A stretch of DNA of 64,000 bases from an uncultured Nitrososphaerales archaeon (GCA_963713605.1 CAVQMO010000003.1:96001-160000), one strand, 5' to 3'. Positions 20,841 to 33,384 are shown, counted from the first letter of the stretch. The notes: generated from the letters alone by a model not told the origin. Program-made: numbers and translations.

Positions 20841-21454
20841 TGCTCAATGATTATCCGTAATCTATATAATTGGTGCTGTTCAAAAGCTTGCGAAAGGATA
20901 TTAGATATTATTGACAAGAATCGCCTTTCATACACACATAAAGGAAATTTTGTTTGAAACTTTTTAATGCCATCATTCCTAATTCCGTCAATTAGAATAT
21001 TCAAAAAAATATGAATTAGGGTTGGCGAAAGAGTAGACTGCAACTGTTGAAAAATGGTGAGGTTTCATGGACCCAAGTATTAGATATGTCAGGCCATGAT
21101 GAATTGGTTTATAAACTAACTTTGAAATATCTTCGACAACAAGGATATGATATCGGAAATAATAAAATTCCAAGAGTTAAACTCAACATAGGGATGTAAG
21201 TTATACTATTCCAATTTCTAGCGTTGAGTTTCATGCGCCCTCTCTTTGCTATTTACTGTCCATGATGAAAACAGAAAAAATCTCTACAATAATAACAATA
21301 CCCACAGCGTTGACAGATGGGATTTGAAAGCGTAGGACGATACTCAGAATAACAGTTTAAACATTTCATTTGGATGGATAACTCATAGACTGCTGAAATA
21401 TAGACCCAACGATGTTAACTAGTCTTTTGTATTTGCTCCTTTTTTATCTTACTG

Positions 21455-22043
21455 TCACCTACTCTTTCTACTTCTTCTCATTTTGTTACTCTTAAGTGAC
21501 CTACTTTTCTTAGATTTAGGTTTAACGTTAGCACTTGAGGAACCTAGTTTTTTAAATTTTGCTTTTGTACTTGTTCCTGTTCCAGAAGTTGTTCTTATCC
21601 TTTGAATATCTTTTTGAATTCGTGTCACTTGCTTTTGTAGCTGACTGACTTGAGATTGAATCTGTTTTATTGATTGTAAAGGTGATTGGCTTACTCCTGG
21701 GCCATTTGTCGACTTAGTCTGCTTCTGCTTTTGTATTGATTGAACCATCATTATTATCTTATTAATCTGATTTCCATTTTTTTCTACCTGCTTTGAAATA
21801 TTAGATAAATAAAAAGTTATTCTCCTCTTCTGTTTCCTTTTGCTAATTTTGGGTTCCTGCTGTGAACTTGGACTGTACTTGTTCTGGCAGTTTTTCTTCT
21901 TGGGGTACTGCAACTGGTACTTCTTCGATCGAAATCTGTTTATCAGCCACATCAATTGAGGTAGCTCCTTCTTCCCTTTCCTCTGGCTGCGTATCCATCT
22001 CTCCAGTCATAATAGGCCCTTCCGCCCTTTCCTCTGACATCAA
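21455..22043 (-). CDS. hypothetical protein: acidic N-terminus, coiled coil, basic C-terminus (frameshift near 21875)
   Basis: ORFs 21843-22043 and 21455-21955 join with one base removed. Confidence 0.6.
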
Positions 22044-22291
22044 CTAGTTTTTTTGTCTTTACCTTATTTATCTTAAATATATGATAGAACATAGGATTTA
22101 CATAATAATCTTAATGGTACATATAGTAATAGATGATCGTGAATGAAAGGATAGCTCTAGACCGAACATAATCAGCTATGCTATCTGCATAGGCGGTGTC
22201 TGTCAACTAAATTCTCATTTGTCAAATATGTGCCTCAAAAGATCCATGAGAGATAAGTAACTATTGACGAAGTTTTTTTAGAATATATACG

Positions 22292-22826
22292 CGATAAGAC
22301 AAGCTTGATTTTTATTTCAATTGATAGGAGTGTGTCCTAACCATATTCATTCTGAAAGAAGTGTATGAGTCTAGTTCTCTTGCTTTAGTACCAAAGTTCT
22401 CTAAGCGTTCATCCAAGTCTATGACTATCATAAAAATGTCATATCATAGGCAGCCAGAACAGCAATAATGACCCACATAACTGCTGAATTTATGATGATG
22501 ATTTACGAATAGACAACTCTTTTTGTCTAAGGTCACAATCACTTTAAATACTTCGCAGCGTGCATAAGGTTCGTGTCAAGTGACAGACTTGCTAGGAATG
22601 ACCATCTAGTCCTTATTGCTGTCATATCTACTCTTGTTATCACAAGTTCATCAATCGGTAACTATGGTTTCTTTGACATTACTAAAGTAGTGTATGGTCA
22701 ATCAGATCCAGACCAAATGAATACCAACACTACGAATTCGGTAAATATGCAAGATATCCCATTAGAAAAAGTCCGCGTCGGAGATATTGATATTGCGTAC
22801 AAGATGTTTGGTAAAGGTGACCCTAT
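22292..22826 (+). repeat. direct repeat copy 2
   Basis: Matches 17743-18283 with a few substitutions and one ~9-nt indel. Confidence 0.92.
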
Positions 22827-23622
22827 AATACTTTTCAATGGCGCTTCTGATAGTATGGATGCCTGGGGTCCTTCCTTTCTAATGGGTCTTTCTTCAAATC
22901 ACACAGTGATTGCGTTTGATCAACGTGGAATTGGAAATACAACAGCTGGTTCCAAACCATACACTTACCAGCAACTAGCAAACGATACAGCTGGTTTGCT
23001 TGATGCTCTGAAAATACCAAAAGCAGATGTTATGGGATATTCTTTAGGAGGACATATAGCTCAGGCATTTACAATTAGCTATCCAGAAAAGGTTAACAGG
23101 CTCATACTTGTTGCTACATCCTGTGGAGGAAAAGATGGTATACCTAAACCACCTGAGTTTATAAAATTCCAAGCGGAAATTGTAAACAAATCTCAAAATA
23201 ATGTTTCACTCAGTGCAGAGGATATTAAAACGCTTAATGCTGCCTCATTAGGATCAGGATGGATCAAACTACATCCTGAATCTCTTGAAGGATTTGAAAA
23301 TATTACATCATTACAACAATTGAAGCCTGGTTTGCCCCCTGAAACAGAGAAGAATCAGGCAAACCTAGTTGTTTGGGAGGATACCAACTGGAGTGGTGCT
23401 TGCGATGCGGAAGCGAAATTAGCTAAACCCACGTTGGCCATAGCAGGAACAGATGATAATGACTACATGCCTCACGGAAATGCTTTAAAGATTGCAGAAA
23501 AGATTCCAGGAGCCTGGCTTGTACAGATAAAAGATGCTGGTCATGCAGTAATGAATCAATACCCGGCTGAGATTGGTGAGATAGTAAATACATTTCTATC
23601 GACTACTAGCCAAAACAATTGA
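22573..23622 (+). CDS. secreted alpha/beta hydrolase (paralogue of 18021)
   Basis: GYSLGG and AGH; shares the identical stretch FDITKVVYGQSDPDQMNTNTTNSVNMQDIPLEKVRVGDID. Confidence 0.9.
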   Translation: MSSDRLARNDHLVLIAVISTLVITSSSIGNYGFFDITKVVYGQSDPDQMNTNTTNSVNMQDIPLEKVRVGDIDIAYKMFGKGDPIILFNGASDSMDAWGPSFLMGLSSNHTVIAFDQRGIGNTTAGSKPYTYQQLANDTAGLLDALKIPKADVMGYSLGGHIAQAFTISYPEKVNRLILVATSCGGKDGIPKPPEFIKFQAEIVNKSQNNVSLSAEDIKTLNAASLGSGWIKLHPESLEGFENITSLQQLKPGLPPETEKNQANLVVWEDTNWSGACDAEAKLAKPTLAIAGTDDNDYMPHGNALKIAEKIPGAWLVQIKDAGHAVMNQYPAEIGEIVNTFLSTTSQNN

Positions 23623-24225
23623 ATCATCCATTGAATGAAGCATAAACTGAATTTGGGATCTAGCTAAGACATGATTCCATAAACTGAAACACGTTTTAGT
23701 TAGCATATCTTATCGTTCAGATGATGAGCCCCTTTACCTACGGGAATCTAACCCCCTTGGGCCACTAACAAGCCAAGCGGGTGTATGAATGATATGTCAT
23801 AAACATCCACTTATCTTTATTATGAAGACACACCTCTCAATGTTAACGGATTGTGATCCCTTTCCACAATTCTTTAGGAATCTGTATTGAAATCCCGTTC
23901 TTTCCTCTTATCAAGAGGTAAATTGATGTAAAATAGTATTCGTGTGCATTTTATATCTAGGTAACTAGTGAATCAAAAAATATACGGGATCTGGTGGCTA
24001 TTATGAATTCTAGTCACTATTTGAAGCCGCTGACGAAGATGAATCGTTATTGTCATCATCTTCATTATCGCCAGAAGATACTGCTGCCGCTGCCGATGCT
24101 GCATCGGGTGGAGATTGCATTATAAATAGATAAATCAGCTTGCAGCACTGATTATATTATCTGATTATTTTTGTACAATTTTATTAGGTTTATTTTTATA
24201 TAACTCATTTGGCACTGGTCAAATA

Positions 24226-25157
24226 TTGATAAACACTCATTTCTGCCTTGAAATATGGGGAACTGAATATAGCAAGATCAAAGAAGTATGTTTTTTGGCT
24301 GAAAAATTGGGATATTACGGGTTTTACTATGGTGAGTCTTTAGCAGATATAGATTTGGATTGTTGGACCGTAATTTCTAATTTATCCGCGGTAACTCAAG
24401 AGATTAAACTAGGGCCTGTTATAACATATATGTTCCCTCAATACAGGAACATTTCTCTATTAGCAAAGCAAGCTTTGACAATGCAGGAGATTTCTAATGA
24501 TAGACTTGAGTTTCGAACAGGTGCGGGTGCAACACTCCAATGGGCTTCGCAATGGTGGCATCCTTATGAGATAGATTATCCAAATAATGGTGAAAGAGTA
24601 GCATTACTTGACGAAGGGATACAACTACTGTTAATGTTATGGAGTAAGCCTTCATCGACATTTGAAGGCAACCATTTTAAAGTAAGAGATGCAAGATTAA
24701 CAAAACATACGCAGACTCAAAGCATAGCACTATTCCAATAACAGTAGCAGCAAAACAAGATAATACTATGAGAATAGCTGCTAAGTATGCTCACGTTTGG
24801 GAGTGCTCTTATCTGACTCCAGAACAATTTATTACTCTAAATGAAAGGTTTGAAAGCATATGTAAAGAAATCAATCGAAATGGAGATAGAAGAAGAATAG
24901 TCAAATCAATTGAACTAGATGTTATTATCTCTGAATCTGAATCAGATTTAGAATACAAGAAAAAACTATTTGCTATGGAGAGAGGGCCGGCTGTGGCTAA
25001 TCAGATGCTTAAACATGGACTCGTTGGAACACCTGAAAAAATAAGAGAAAGGCTTAAGCAGTATACAGATGCAGGAGTAGATCAGTTCTTGCTTGCATTT
25101 CAGGACCCACTTGATATAAAAGCATTAGAATTATTCATGAACACTGTAGGTAACTAA
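24226..25157 (+). CDS. luciferase-like (LLM) flavin/F420 oxidoreductase (frameshift near 24705)
   Basis: AEKLGY, DCWT..LSAVT..IKLG, LAKQA..EIS.DRLE...GAG, MRIAAKYA, VGTPE.I.ERL..Y.DAGVD. Confidence 0.88.
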
Positions 25158-25682
25158 GTCCGAAAAAGCAAAGTTAAAATATCTTAGCTTCTTTCAAGTT
25201 TCAATCTGAATGAGTTTGATTTTTTCTGAAAACTTTTGAAGTTTTAGACCTTGTAAGTCATTTGTCACGCATGTCCAATAACATTATTAATAATGTCCTA
25301 TTTTTATAATATCTATATAGCTATGATAGGTGGAAAAGTATGCTTTGCAGAAGCCATAATAATATCTGGGCAGTATGTGTCAATATGGCTGCAACAACCC
25401 CCCCGATGGATTTCTGCTGTTTGAGTCAGAATCAAGCGATGCATTTCTTGATTGGTGGTCAAGATTTAAGGACAAAGTTAGATGGTATCTTGAACAAACA
25501 CATACGATAGCTGCTAGAAGACGTTAGTTAGTTACTCACTAGCTAGCTAATCCCTTCCAAGCTCATAAGTGCTGAGCTAGTGATTGAGCTTTGTGACTGA
25601 ATAAAGTGTGGGTATGCATTGATTACTATTTCTCATTGTATGATTCTCTTGATGCACTGATACTTCAAAAAATTTGCTCCAA

Positions 25683-26178
25683 TCATTTCATCATCATACC
25701 ACTTGTTGAATTTGATATTTGTCCACGGATTTCTCCATCTGGATATTGAGTTGTATGAACGTTCACGTATAATCCCATAGAATGCATAGAACTTAGGAGC
25801 TCAGAAAGTTGTTTGCCAGCAAATGGTCCTTGAAGATTATCAGCAGTTATATCCCCTTCAGAGAGGAGGCCAGAAACCATTTTCGGTGTGGGAATATCAG
25901 GTTTAAACAATGTTATTACAATAGGTCCGTTTTGGCCTTGTTTACCACTGTGAATGTGGAGCTGCTGTGACATTATCTATATCTGTTACATTCAAAGTAT
26001 AAGTTACTGTATTCTCATTTAATATTGGCCTAAATTCAGCTAATCCAGTAGCATTCGTTTCTATTGAGGGTATTTCCATATTGCCGAAGAGCTTGGCAGT
26101 AAATTGCTGTTCAGTTACCCCTGCAGTAGCAAACACAGGAATTAAGAAATTGGTTATAGCACCAGTTTCTACTATCAT
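25683..26178 (-). CDS. CHRD-domain secreted protein (+1 frameshift near 25960)
   Basis: The two ORFs join to give AAHIHSG and YVNVHTTQYPDGEIRGQI; paralogue of 19708. Confidence 0.85.
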
Positions 26179-26563
26179 TATTATCTGTATAATTAGAGGC
26201 TATTGGTATCACAGTAGAACATCCAAAAATCATATTTACCATCGTGAATGGAATAAGTAAGGCAATTCAATATTTAAAGGAATTTCACTTAAACAATATC
26301 AATACAGTACCGCAATACGATCTATGCTTCGATGCCGTTTCAGCACAGCAGACCTGAGTGGAGGTACCGTGGAGGTGATGATCCCAAGAGATTGTTTGAA
26401 GCAAGGATTAAAATGGGTGATTCTGAATTTGAGCATTTCAGAACTACTACAGAACTGACAGGAATATTTTTAGATTATTTAGGCTAATTAACGTATAATG
26501 TATGTTTTATAGGGGTCAGAATAAATTGAACCTTTAAAATGTTTGTTGTGCTCGTATGTACTC

Positions 26564-26779
26564 ATGACGAGAAGTTTCAACGATTGGTGGAATGCTATCC
26601 CGTCTGACTTAAAAGAGAAAGCTCATGGGGGCGATGAAGGAAATAAACAATCACTTAACCAACTTAATCAAACTCTGTTGCATCTAGATTTGGCTGGCAG
26701 ACACGATGCAAAACCATCTCACGAAGAACTCAAAGATTGGCTGCGTAGCGGTCAGGTAAATGTAGTCAGAGTGAAGTAA
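26564..26779 (+). CDS. small hypothetical protein
   Basis: MTRSFNDWWNAIP..., with a TTTAAA box upstream. Confidence 0.6.
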   Translation: MTRSFNDWWNAIPSDLKEKAHGGDEGNKQSLNQLNQTLLHLDLAGRHDAKPSHEELKDWLRSGQVNVVRVK

Positions 26780-26795
26780 ATTACAACAATAGTAA

Positions 26796-27609
26796 TTACA
26801 GAAACACCGTACACAGGTTCTCATTGAGGGAGTTGAGCAAGCTTCATATCTTCTTCTTCAAGCTGAAAGTCAAATACTTGACTATTCTCTCTGATTCGAT
26901 TCTCTTGTTTAGATTTTGGAATTACAACTAGACCATGTTGTAAACTCCATCTAATTAGGATCTGTGCTGGGTTTTTATCATATTTTTTTGCCAGACCTTT
27001 TAGAGCAGGATGATTAAGCCTTTGACCTCTAGTCAATGGACTATATGCCTCTAGCTGAATGTTGCTATTTTTGCAGAATTCTAACAACTTCTCTTGGTAC
27101 AGAAACGGATGAAATTCAACCTGATTTACCGACGGTATAACATCAAAGTTTTGGAATATTTCTTGCAAGTGGGAAATCTCATAATTGCTTACTCCAATAG
27201 CTCTAGTTTTGCCTTCCCTTAACAATTGAATCATAGCCTTCCAAGTTTCTTTGCTCTGGCCTTCAACTGGCCAGTGGATCAAGTATAAGTCAACGTAAGT
27301 TAGTCCTAAACGCCTTAAACTTTTTTCACATGCTTTAAGAGTAGAATGATAACCTTGATCACTATTCCACACCTTTGTAGAAATAAAGACCTCTTCTCTG
27401 TCTATCCCACTTTCTATGACAGCTTTGCCGACATCCCTTTCATTGTCGTATAGCCAAGCGGTATCTATATGTCTATAACCAATATTCAGTGCATATCTTA
27501 CTGCACGCAATGTAGGTTCTCCAGAAGGTGTTTGATAAACTCCTAAGCCTAGACGCGGAATCTCTACTCCAGTATTCAAGGTAATACTGGATTGCAAAGT
27601 CAATTGCAT
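26796..27609 (-). CDS. aldo/keto reductase (+1 frameshift near 26840)
   Basis: GLGVY, GYRHIDTA..Y, STKVW, YLIHWP, IGVSN, NQVEFHP, IPKS; corrected C-terminus LLNSLNENLCTVFL. Confidence 0.93.
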
Positions 27610-27662
27610 AATGAAATATCGTATTAAGGAATCTACATAACTCTACCGGTCATATAACTATG

Positions 27663-28079
27663 CTATAGTAAAGTAGAAGACTCTCTAATGATTACCTTTG
27701 TTCCGTCTTTAATCTGGTTCAAAATATCGTCCTTATTAGAAGAATCCACAATCTTACCTATTATATTTACAGGAGAGTACGCCAGTATTTTTCCGTTCTT
27801 ACTAATGGGAGTTGGTCCGTAAAATAAACATAATGCATTTCCTTCAGGCCAGTAAGCAGCGTCTAATTCATTAACTTCTGTCTTTGCATGATCTTCCTGT
27901 TCAACAGCTATTGCAGTTCGATCCGTATAGAGCTCTTCTCCCCACTTGTTGATACTAACTTCAAGTGGCAAATTATCAAGTATTGCTTTGAAAGTCTTTG
28001 GGGAGAGAGAATCATCCAATTCTATTCCAACAATTTTATCATCTAGTTCGGGAAATACAACATCAATGATCCTTTTCAT
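27663..28079 (-). CDS. cyclophilin-like fold protein (TM1367/DUF369-like)
   Basis: SPKT...LP...WGEELY, AYWPEGNALCLFYGPTPIS, SPVNIIG. Confidence 0.85.
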   Translation of the reverse strand: MKRIIDVVFPELDDKIVGIELDDSLSPKTFKAILDNLPLEVSINKWGEELYTDRTAIAVEQEDHAKTEVNELDAAYWPEGNALCLFYGPTPISKNGKILAYSPVNIIGKIVDSSNKDDILNQIKDGTKVIIRESSTLL

Positions 28080-28166
28080 TACATCATATTGATCGATAGC
28101 AACTTATATATTCAGATGCATATGCTGGTCGATTTCAACGTTACTAAGACAATTATCGCCATCATA

Positions 28167-28628
28167 TCATTCCCATGCAGCTATATCTTTCTCCGCTATT
28201 ATTTTTGTAGGCTTTACACGTACGAGAATAACACCTTCAGTAGTATTTCTTTCCCCGTACGCTTTTGCATTCCTCTTACCCATATATCGTTCTGCTATTC
28301 TGGTATTCCACTTTAATAGTTCGTTATATTTCGGACGGTCTAATTTTGCATTACCATGAAGAATTACAAATGAAAACTGGGGTGTCTGATCGTCTACACA
28401 AATACTCACCCGATTATCGCGTCGAATATTTGTTGCCTTAACTGAATTCTCATATGTAGTAAAAATAATATCTTCTATTTTCTTAGTTGTTCGATTTTTT
28501 CGCTCATCTAATACGAACCAAACTGGAACGACATGTGGACTTCCGTTTTTGTTGACTGAGGTAAGTTTTGCCGTAAAAGTACCTTGCATAAGAAATTTTT
28601 TTGTTTCATTTTTGGACATGTATGTCAT
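28167..28628 (-). CDS. PPOX-class putative F420-dependent oxidoreductase
   Basis: GSPHVVPVWF, KATNIRRDNRVSICVD. Confidence 0.88.
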   Translation of the reverse strand: MTYMSKNETKKFLMQGTFTAKLTSVNKNGSPHVVPVWFVLDERKNRTTKKIEDIIFTTYENSVKATNIRRDNRVSICVDDQTPQFSFVILHGNAKLDRPKYNELLKWNTRIAERYMGKRNAKAYGERNTTEGVILVRVKPTKIIAEKDIAAWE

Positions 28629-28863
28629 TGTAGATATATCGCCTAACTTTCTAAATAGGAATTAAAGTATATTTTTAGTTAACAGTTGAATGTTTTTGGC
28701 ATCTAAGCATCACGGTATTAATAATCCCTGCACGACGGTCGGTTATTGACAAAGTTTCTTTAGAATAATTCATTACAATATATCTTATGGGTGAGTTTAA
28801 CAGATTTTGCGTAAAAGAAAAAAGTGAGTCGGATTGTTACTTGCTGTTACCTGTTATTCCTTA

Positions 28864-29872
28864 TTACCTTCCTATACACAGACCACTTGGATTACTTGTC
28901 TGACAGCTGTTGTCCACATATTGGTTTGCGTTGATGTTTGTTGGTAGTCCGTTTGCATTGTTAAGGTCAATTACATTCTCAAGTACGTTATTTGCTGATA
29001 TTGTATTCTGTTTGCTCTGTCCATCTAGAAATACTCCATTCTGACTTCCAACTACATTGTTCATTCCTACACTGGACTGTTGTGTGTTGACAAATGTTAT
29101 TCCTGCTAGCAAGTTGCCATTCATAAGGTTTGAGTCTATAGCACCACCTGTACTTGAGTGAGATGCTACACCTATACTATTACCCTGTATGATGTTTTGT
29201 TTTACTTGTGCATTTTCAGCTCCTGTCATAAATGTACCTATCTGGTTGTTAGATAGTATGACAGAATTAATCGTAAATCCATTTGCTCCAGTAAGAAGTA
29301 CTCCTGCTTGGAAGTTGCTGAGTGAACCAGGTCCATTTACTACTACATTATCAACATTTGGTACCATAATCCCAACTTTAGAGCTGTCCTGTCCAGGTCC
29401 TGTGATTGAGAATCCATTCATGTTAATTACTGTGTTTGGACCACCTACTATGATACCATCTCCACTATTGCAGTTAAGATTTGCAGTTAGATTTACTACT
29501 CCGCTTACCACTTGTCCACATGCTGCGTTTGTTGATGCTGCCTTGTTGTGGTTGTGCTTGTTGTGCTTGAGGTTGTTGTGCTTGTTGCTGTGGTTGAGCT
29601 TGAGGTTGTGCTTGCTGCGAAGCAGTGTCATCGCCACCAACACTATCTCCAGCATTAGGACTGATGCCCATGCCTAGTGGTGCTAATTGTGGTTGCTGTG
29701 GGAGCGTATTAACAACATTATCTCCTCCACTATTGTTACCGTTATCATCATCATCATCATTGTGTTTCGGTTTTGTTGCATCCGCTGGTGCAGTCAAACT
29801 ACTTACCGATACTACTAATGCTGCCGCGATTATTACTGCTAGTATCGTTCTTGTTGTATTTATTTGATTCAT
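28864..29872 (-). CDS. secreted right-handed beta-helix protein with Gln/Pro-rich linker (+1 frameshift near 29540)
   Basis: The signal peptide and QPQA-repeat ORF joins the ORF with CG...LTANLNC.GDG...INMNGFSITG and N-x-x-G repeats. Confidence 0.82.
28866..29538 (-). repeat. inverted near-identical copy of 62559-63231
   Basis: Identical protein from ASTNAACG to GLCIGR; I noticed only one synonymous difference. Confidence 0.95.
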
Positions 29873-30168
29873 TTATAGTAACCTCCGATGCTGGCGAACT
29901 TGCCTTCTACGGTCGGGGCAAGTGGTGGCACTAATTCAGACATATTTTCGTAGAGTTCCAGCAATTTCATGCCTTTCTCTGTAGTTCTATAAGCGTGTTT
30001 TCCTTCCTCGTATTCGATAAGTTCGTTGTCTTGCAACATTGTAAGGTATTCTCGGAGCTGAGCAAATGATAGAAATGCTTTGTACATTATTTTTGTCTTA
30101 GTTGCTCCTCCTCCATTTGCGGCCTCTAGGATGAGGCCAACAATTTCAGTTCTACTTCTGTATTTCAT
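29869..30168 (-). CDS. winged-helix transcriptional regulator (KYRSR/TKIMY type)
   Basis: MKYRSRTEIV..IL, TKTKIMYKAFLS, YRTTEKG; 4-bp overlap with the beta-helix gene. Confidence 0.88.
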   Translation of the reverse strand: MKYRSRTEIVGLILEAANGGGATKTKIMYKAFLSFAQLREYLTMLQDNELIEYEEGKHAYRTTEKGMKLLELYENMSELVPPLAPTVEGKFASIGGYYK

Positions 30169-30561
30169 AATAGAATCAAACAGAAAATGTAAACTAGATA
30201 TTTATGTGAACCTTCTATTACTACTATTAGTTCCATTAGTATGTGTTTAATTAAAGTATTCATATATCACATCAAGTATAACTATGTGATCTTAGAAGTA
30301 TCCATTTTACTATAAGAATGACATCAATATTCGGAGCTCCTTGATAAATTCTAACAGTGCAATGTTCATTAACAATTTTACAGTTAATATTGAGGCGCTA
30401 GCACAGACATACTCGTCTGAAAACAATGTAATAATAACGTGTTTGATAAGCAGGATAAATAACCTTCACATAATTAAGCCTCCTTCTATAGATTTCTGTA
30501 ATTTGCAGCTTATAGTAAATATCACGATCATCTCTATAAATACAGTTACTAAGGATTCTGT

Positions 30562-31227
30562 ATGACACAATCAAATAGTCATCAATTATTAAGAAGCACC
30601 AATAACAAATCAACAACAACAATAATTTTCATGGTGTGCAGTACATTGTTGATTGCGTTAGGAGCAGCTGCTATATTAGAAGAATCAAATCACATTTTGT
30701 TTACTACTACTGTGAATGCACAATTAGTAGATGCGGAGGAATTAAGAGAAGATATAAGAGCAGCAATTGTAGAAGAGAAATTACAAAAGGTAGTGAATCA
30801 AAATCAAAGCAATCAATCTGCTGCTACCTCTAGTTCAAACGGATTATCATTAGGATTAAATCGAGCTCATTTCATCCCCTTGAGTCCATTGAGTGATAGT
30901 CCTGGAAATCAGGTAAAGATGATGCTAGGTTATTCGGTACAAAATTCATCTACACTTCCAGATGACAGAGTAAACGCTGTAATGGAAGTATATGCTTCAA
31001 ATCAAACCTTGTTACGAACTTCATCACTTCCTGAACCCATTGTCATTGATAATCCAGAGGGAACCATTCAACTAGCCACTACATTTGATGATCCTACATT
31101 GCAGAATGTAACAGTAAGAGCATTGCTTACCGATGGTCAAAAGATTCTTCCACTATCGAAGCCAATTGAAGCAAGCCTTGGTCTAGGGGAAATCAGACTA
31201 GGAGAAATTTCATCTGAGCTGAAATAA
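30562..31227 (+). CDS. secreted hypothetical protein
   Basis: Hydrophobic N-terminal segment, beta-rich C-terminal domain; a paralogous fragment at 20124-20250 supports it being a real gene. Confidence 0.75.
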   Translation: MTQSNSHQLLRSTNNKSTTTIIFMVCSTLLIALGAAAILEESNHILFTTTVNAQLVDAEELREDIRAAIVEEKLQKVVNQNQSNQSAATSSSNGLSLGLNRAHFIPLSPLSDSPGNQVKMMLGYSVQNSSTLPDDRVNAVMEVYASNQTLLRTSSLPEPIVIDNPEGTIQLATTFDDPTLQNVTVRALLTDGQKILPLSKPIEASLGLGEIRLGEISSELK

Positions 31228-31510
31228 TACTCATTTTGATTGTACAATCGGAATTAAGTATGTCTAAAGTATTGTTTCTTCAGATAATATCTTTCACATT
31301 CATGGAGTAGATGCTCCTGTGGAATTTGAGGGAACTATATTTAGATGATAAGTCCAATCTGCATTATAGTTATAGCTAGGCTCCACAGGATTTAGCACAC
31401 TTACCTAACAGGGTATTCTATAAATATTAGTACAGATAGATAACTGACCGTTCGTCTATTAATGGTAACTCCTTACGTTCATTTACTATCTATACTGGTG
31501 CATCTTCTGG

Positions 31511-32855
31511 ATGGTTAGAATAGATAACAGGATTATCTTTATCATAATAGTTGCCATCGTATTAGCAGTGGTTGTAGACACTTCTATAGTTACTATCGCT
31601 ACTTCTGCCGGAGGTATGAGAATCCTCATTCTCAGATATATCGGTGTTCACCATAATGGTTGTCATTTTTGCATTTGGACAATTTGTTATCCTTAGATAT
31701 GTAAAAAGTAAATTTCTAAGTCATGTGAATGAAACTGGAATTGCTATATCTCACGTTCAATGGATGGATAGGATAACAACAATTCTACAATATGTCTTAG
31801 TAGTGATACTTGCATCAATCGTATTTCAGATAGCGTTCTTCTCAAGTTATCATATCTATAGCCTAATTTCTGTGATGCTGATAAGCTATGGGTTATCATT
31901 ATTGCTCTTGTCATTGCTAGCTAAGCGGTTCCTTTCATGGTATCGACTCAATCGGAATTTAGTGGTTCTTTTTTACGGATTGGCTATAACTGTCATTTCA
32001 ATAAACGCCTTTATCACCATGCTCTACGTGAATTTTATGCTTACAGACAAGCCTCTATATATCCAAAGTATTAGAAGTCTTACTGGATCTTTATCCAACC
32101 CTGATGTGGTGTTTGATTTGGCATACACATCGACAGCAATAATATTCTTCATTCTAACTTGGATTGCTACTGTTCTTCTATTGAAGCACTACTCTAAAAA
32201 ACTAGGCAATATCAAATATTGGATCCTTGTGAGTATTCCTCTTGTTTATTTTTTGAGCCAATTCCAACCTTTGTTTCTATTTACGTTTGCAGAGTACCGT
32301 ATGTCAGATCCAGTTCTGTTTGGAATTTTCTACACATTGCTCTTCAGTTTGAGCAAGCCTCTGGGTGGAGTGTTATTCGGTGTGGCATTTTGGATGGTGT
32401 CTAGAAGCCTCAAAGATACCAAGGTCAAAGGATATTTAACTATCTCAGCGTACGGAATGACCTTATTATTTGCTTCAAATCAACCAACTGCTTTAATATT
32501 GGCTCCATATCCTCCATTTGGTCTTGTTACTATATCCTTTATGGGATTGGCTTCTTATCTATTGTATCTAGGCATATATTCGTCTGCTCTATCTGTGTCT
32601 GAAGATTCTAGATTGCGTCAGACCATTAGAAAAGAAGCTTTAAAGGAATCTCAGCAGTTTTTAGATATGATAGGAACTGCTGAGATGGAACAAGCAATAC
32701 AGAAAAAGGTCGTAAGGTTCTCCAAAAGGACTAAAGCCTCAATGGGGTACGAAACTGGTATAAGCACATCAGTTGATGAGGATGGTATTAAGCGCTATCT
32801 TGAAGAAGTATTAATAGAGCTGAAAGACATGAAAAAGAACAATCACAATCATTAG
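31511..32855 (+). CDS. multi-pass membrane protein (frameshift near 31620)
   Basis: About 10 hydrophobic segments, YPPFGLVTISF, cytoplasmic tail IGTAEME. Confidence 0.78.
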
Positions 32856-33210
32856 TTACGGGTTTGAAATAATAAAAGTTAGAGAATTGATAATGGTGGA
32901 TTGCTCCGAAAAGTTTTCGTATATCACTAGCGATGTCTTTTTAATCGCGCAGCGAAATGTAATTGCTAAAAACTTCTACATCTAATATGGCCTTAATCTG
33001 ATTCAATCCTTAACTGGAGAAAGTTGCAAAAGTATAGGCATCTGAGCATTCAACTGGACTATCCTCTTTTAATCTTGGACTCATTAGAAATACAAAAGTG
33101 TAGGCAAGGCTCACCTTGTCTTTTTCCCCCATATCTTTCTCTTTGACTTTCATTCTCCCAAGTACATCATTTGCTTGTTTGATCTGCTTGATTTCTGATG
33201 CTGTACTTTA

Positions 33211-33384
33211 TTACCTTTCCTGCACATGTGTCGCACATGTGTCACAGTATTTTTCTATGAGGATAGCTCCATCACCTACAGCGAATAATGCTTCCTGTGT
33301 GGCCTTGTTACCGCAGGCTACACAGAATTTTGTCTTATCACTATGATCAACAAATGCCCTTAACATTGAAAATATTCTTTCCAT
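33211..33384 (-). CDS. 57-aa Zn-finger protein (below the ORF-track cutoff)
   Basis: MERIFSMLRAFVDHSDKTKFCVACGNKATQEALFAVGDGAILIEKYCDTCATHVQER, with two CxxC pairs. Confidence 0.65.
   Translation of the reverse strand: MERIFSMLRAFVDHSDKTKFCVACGNKATQEALFAVGDGAILIEKYCDTCATHVQER

Noticed and set aside
29189..29677. Antisense ORF conserved with 62411-62908
   Set aside because: Shadow of the duplicated beta-helix gene. The same reasoning applies to other antisense ORFs such as 1016, 6759, 10620, 51051 and 58264.
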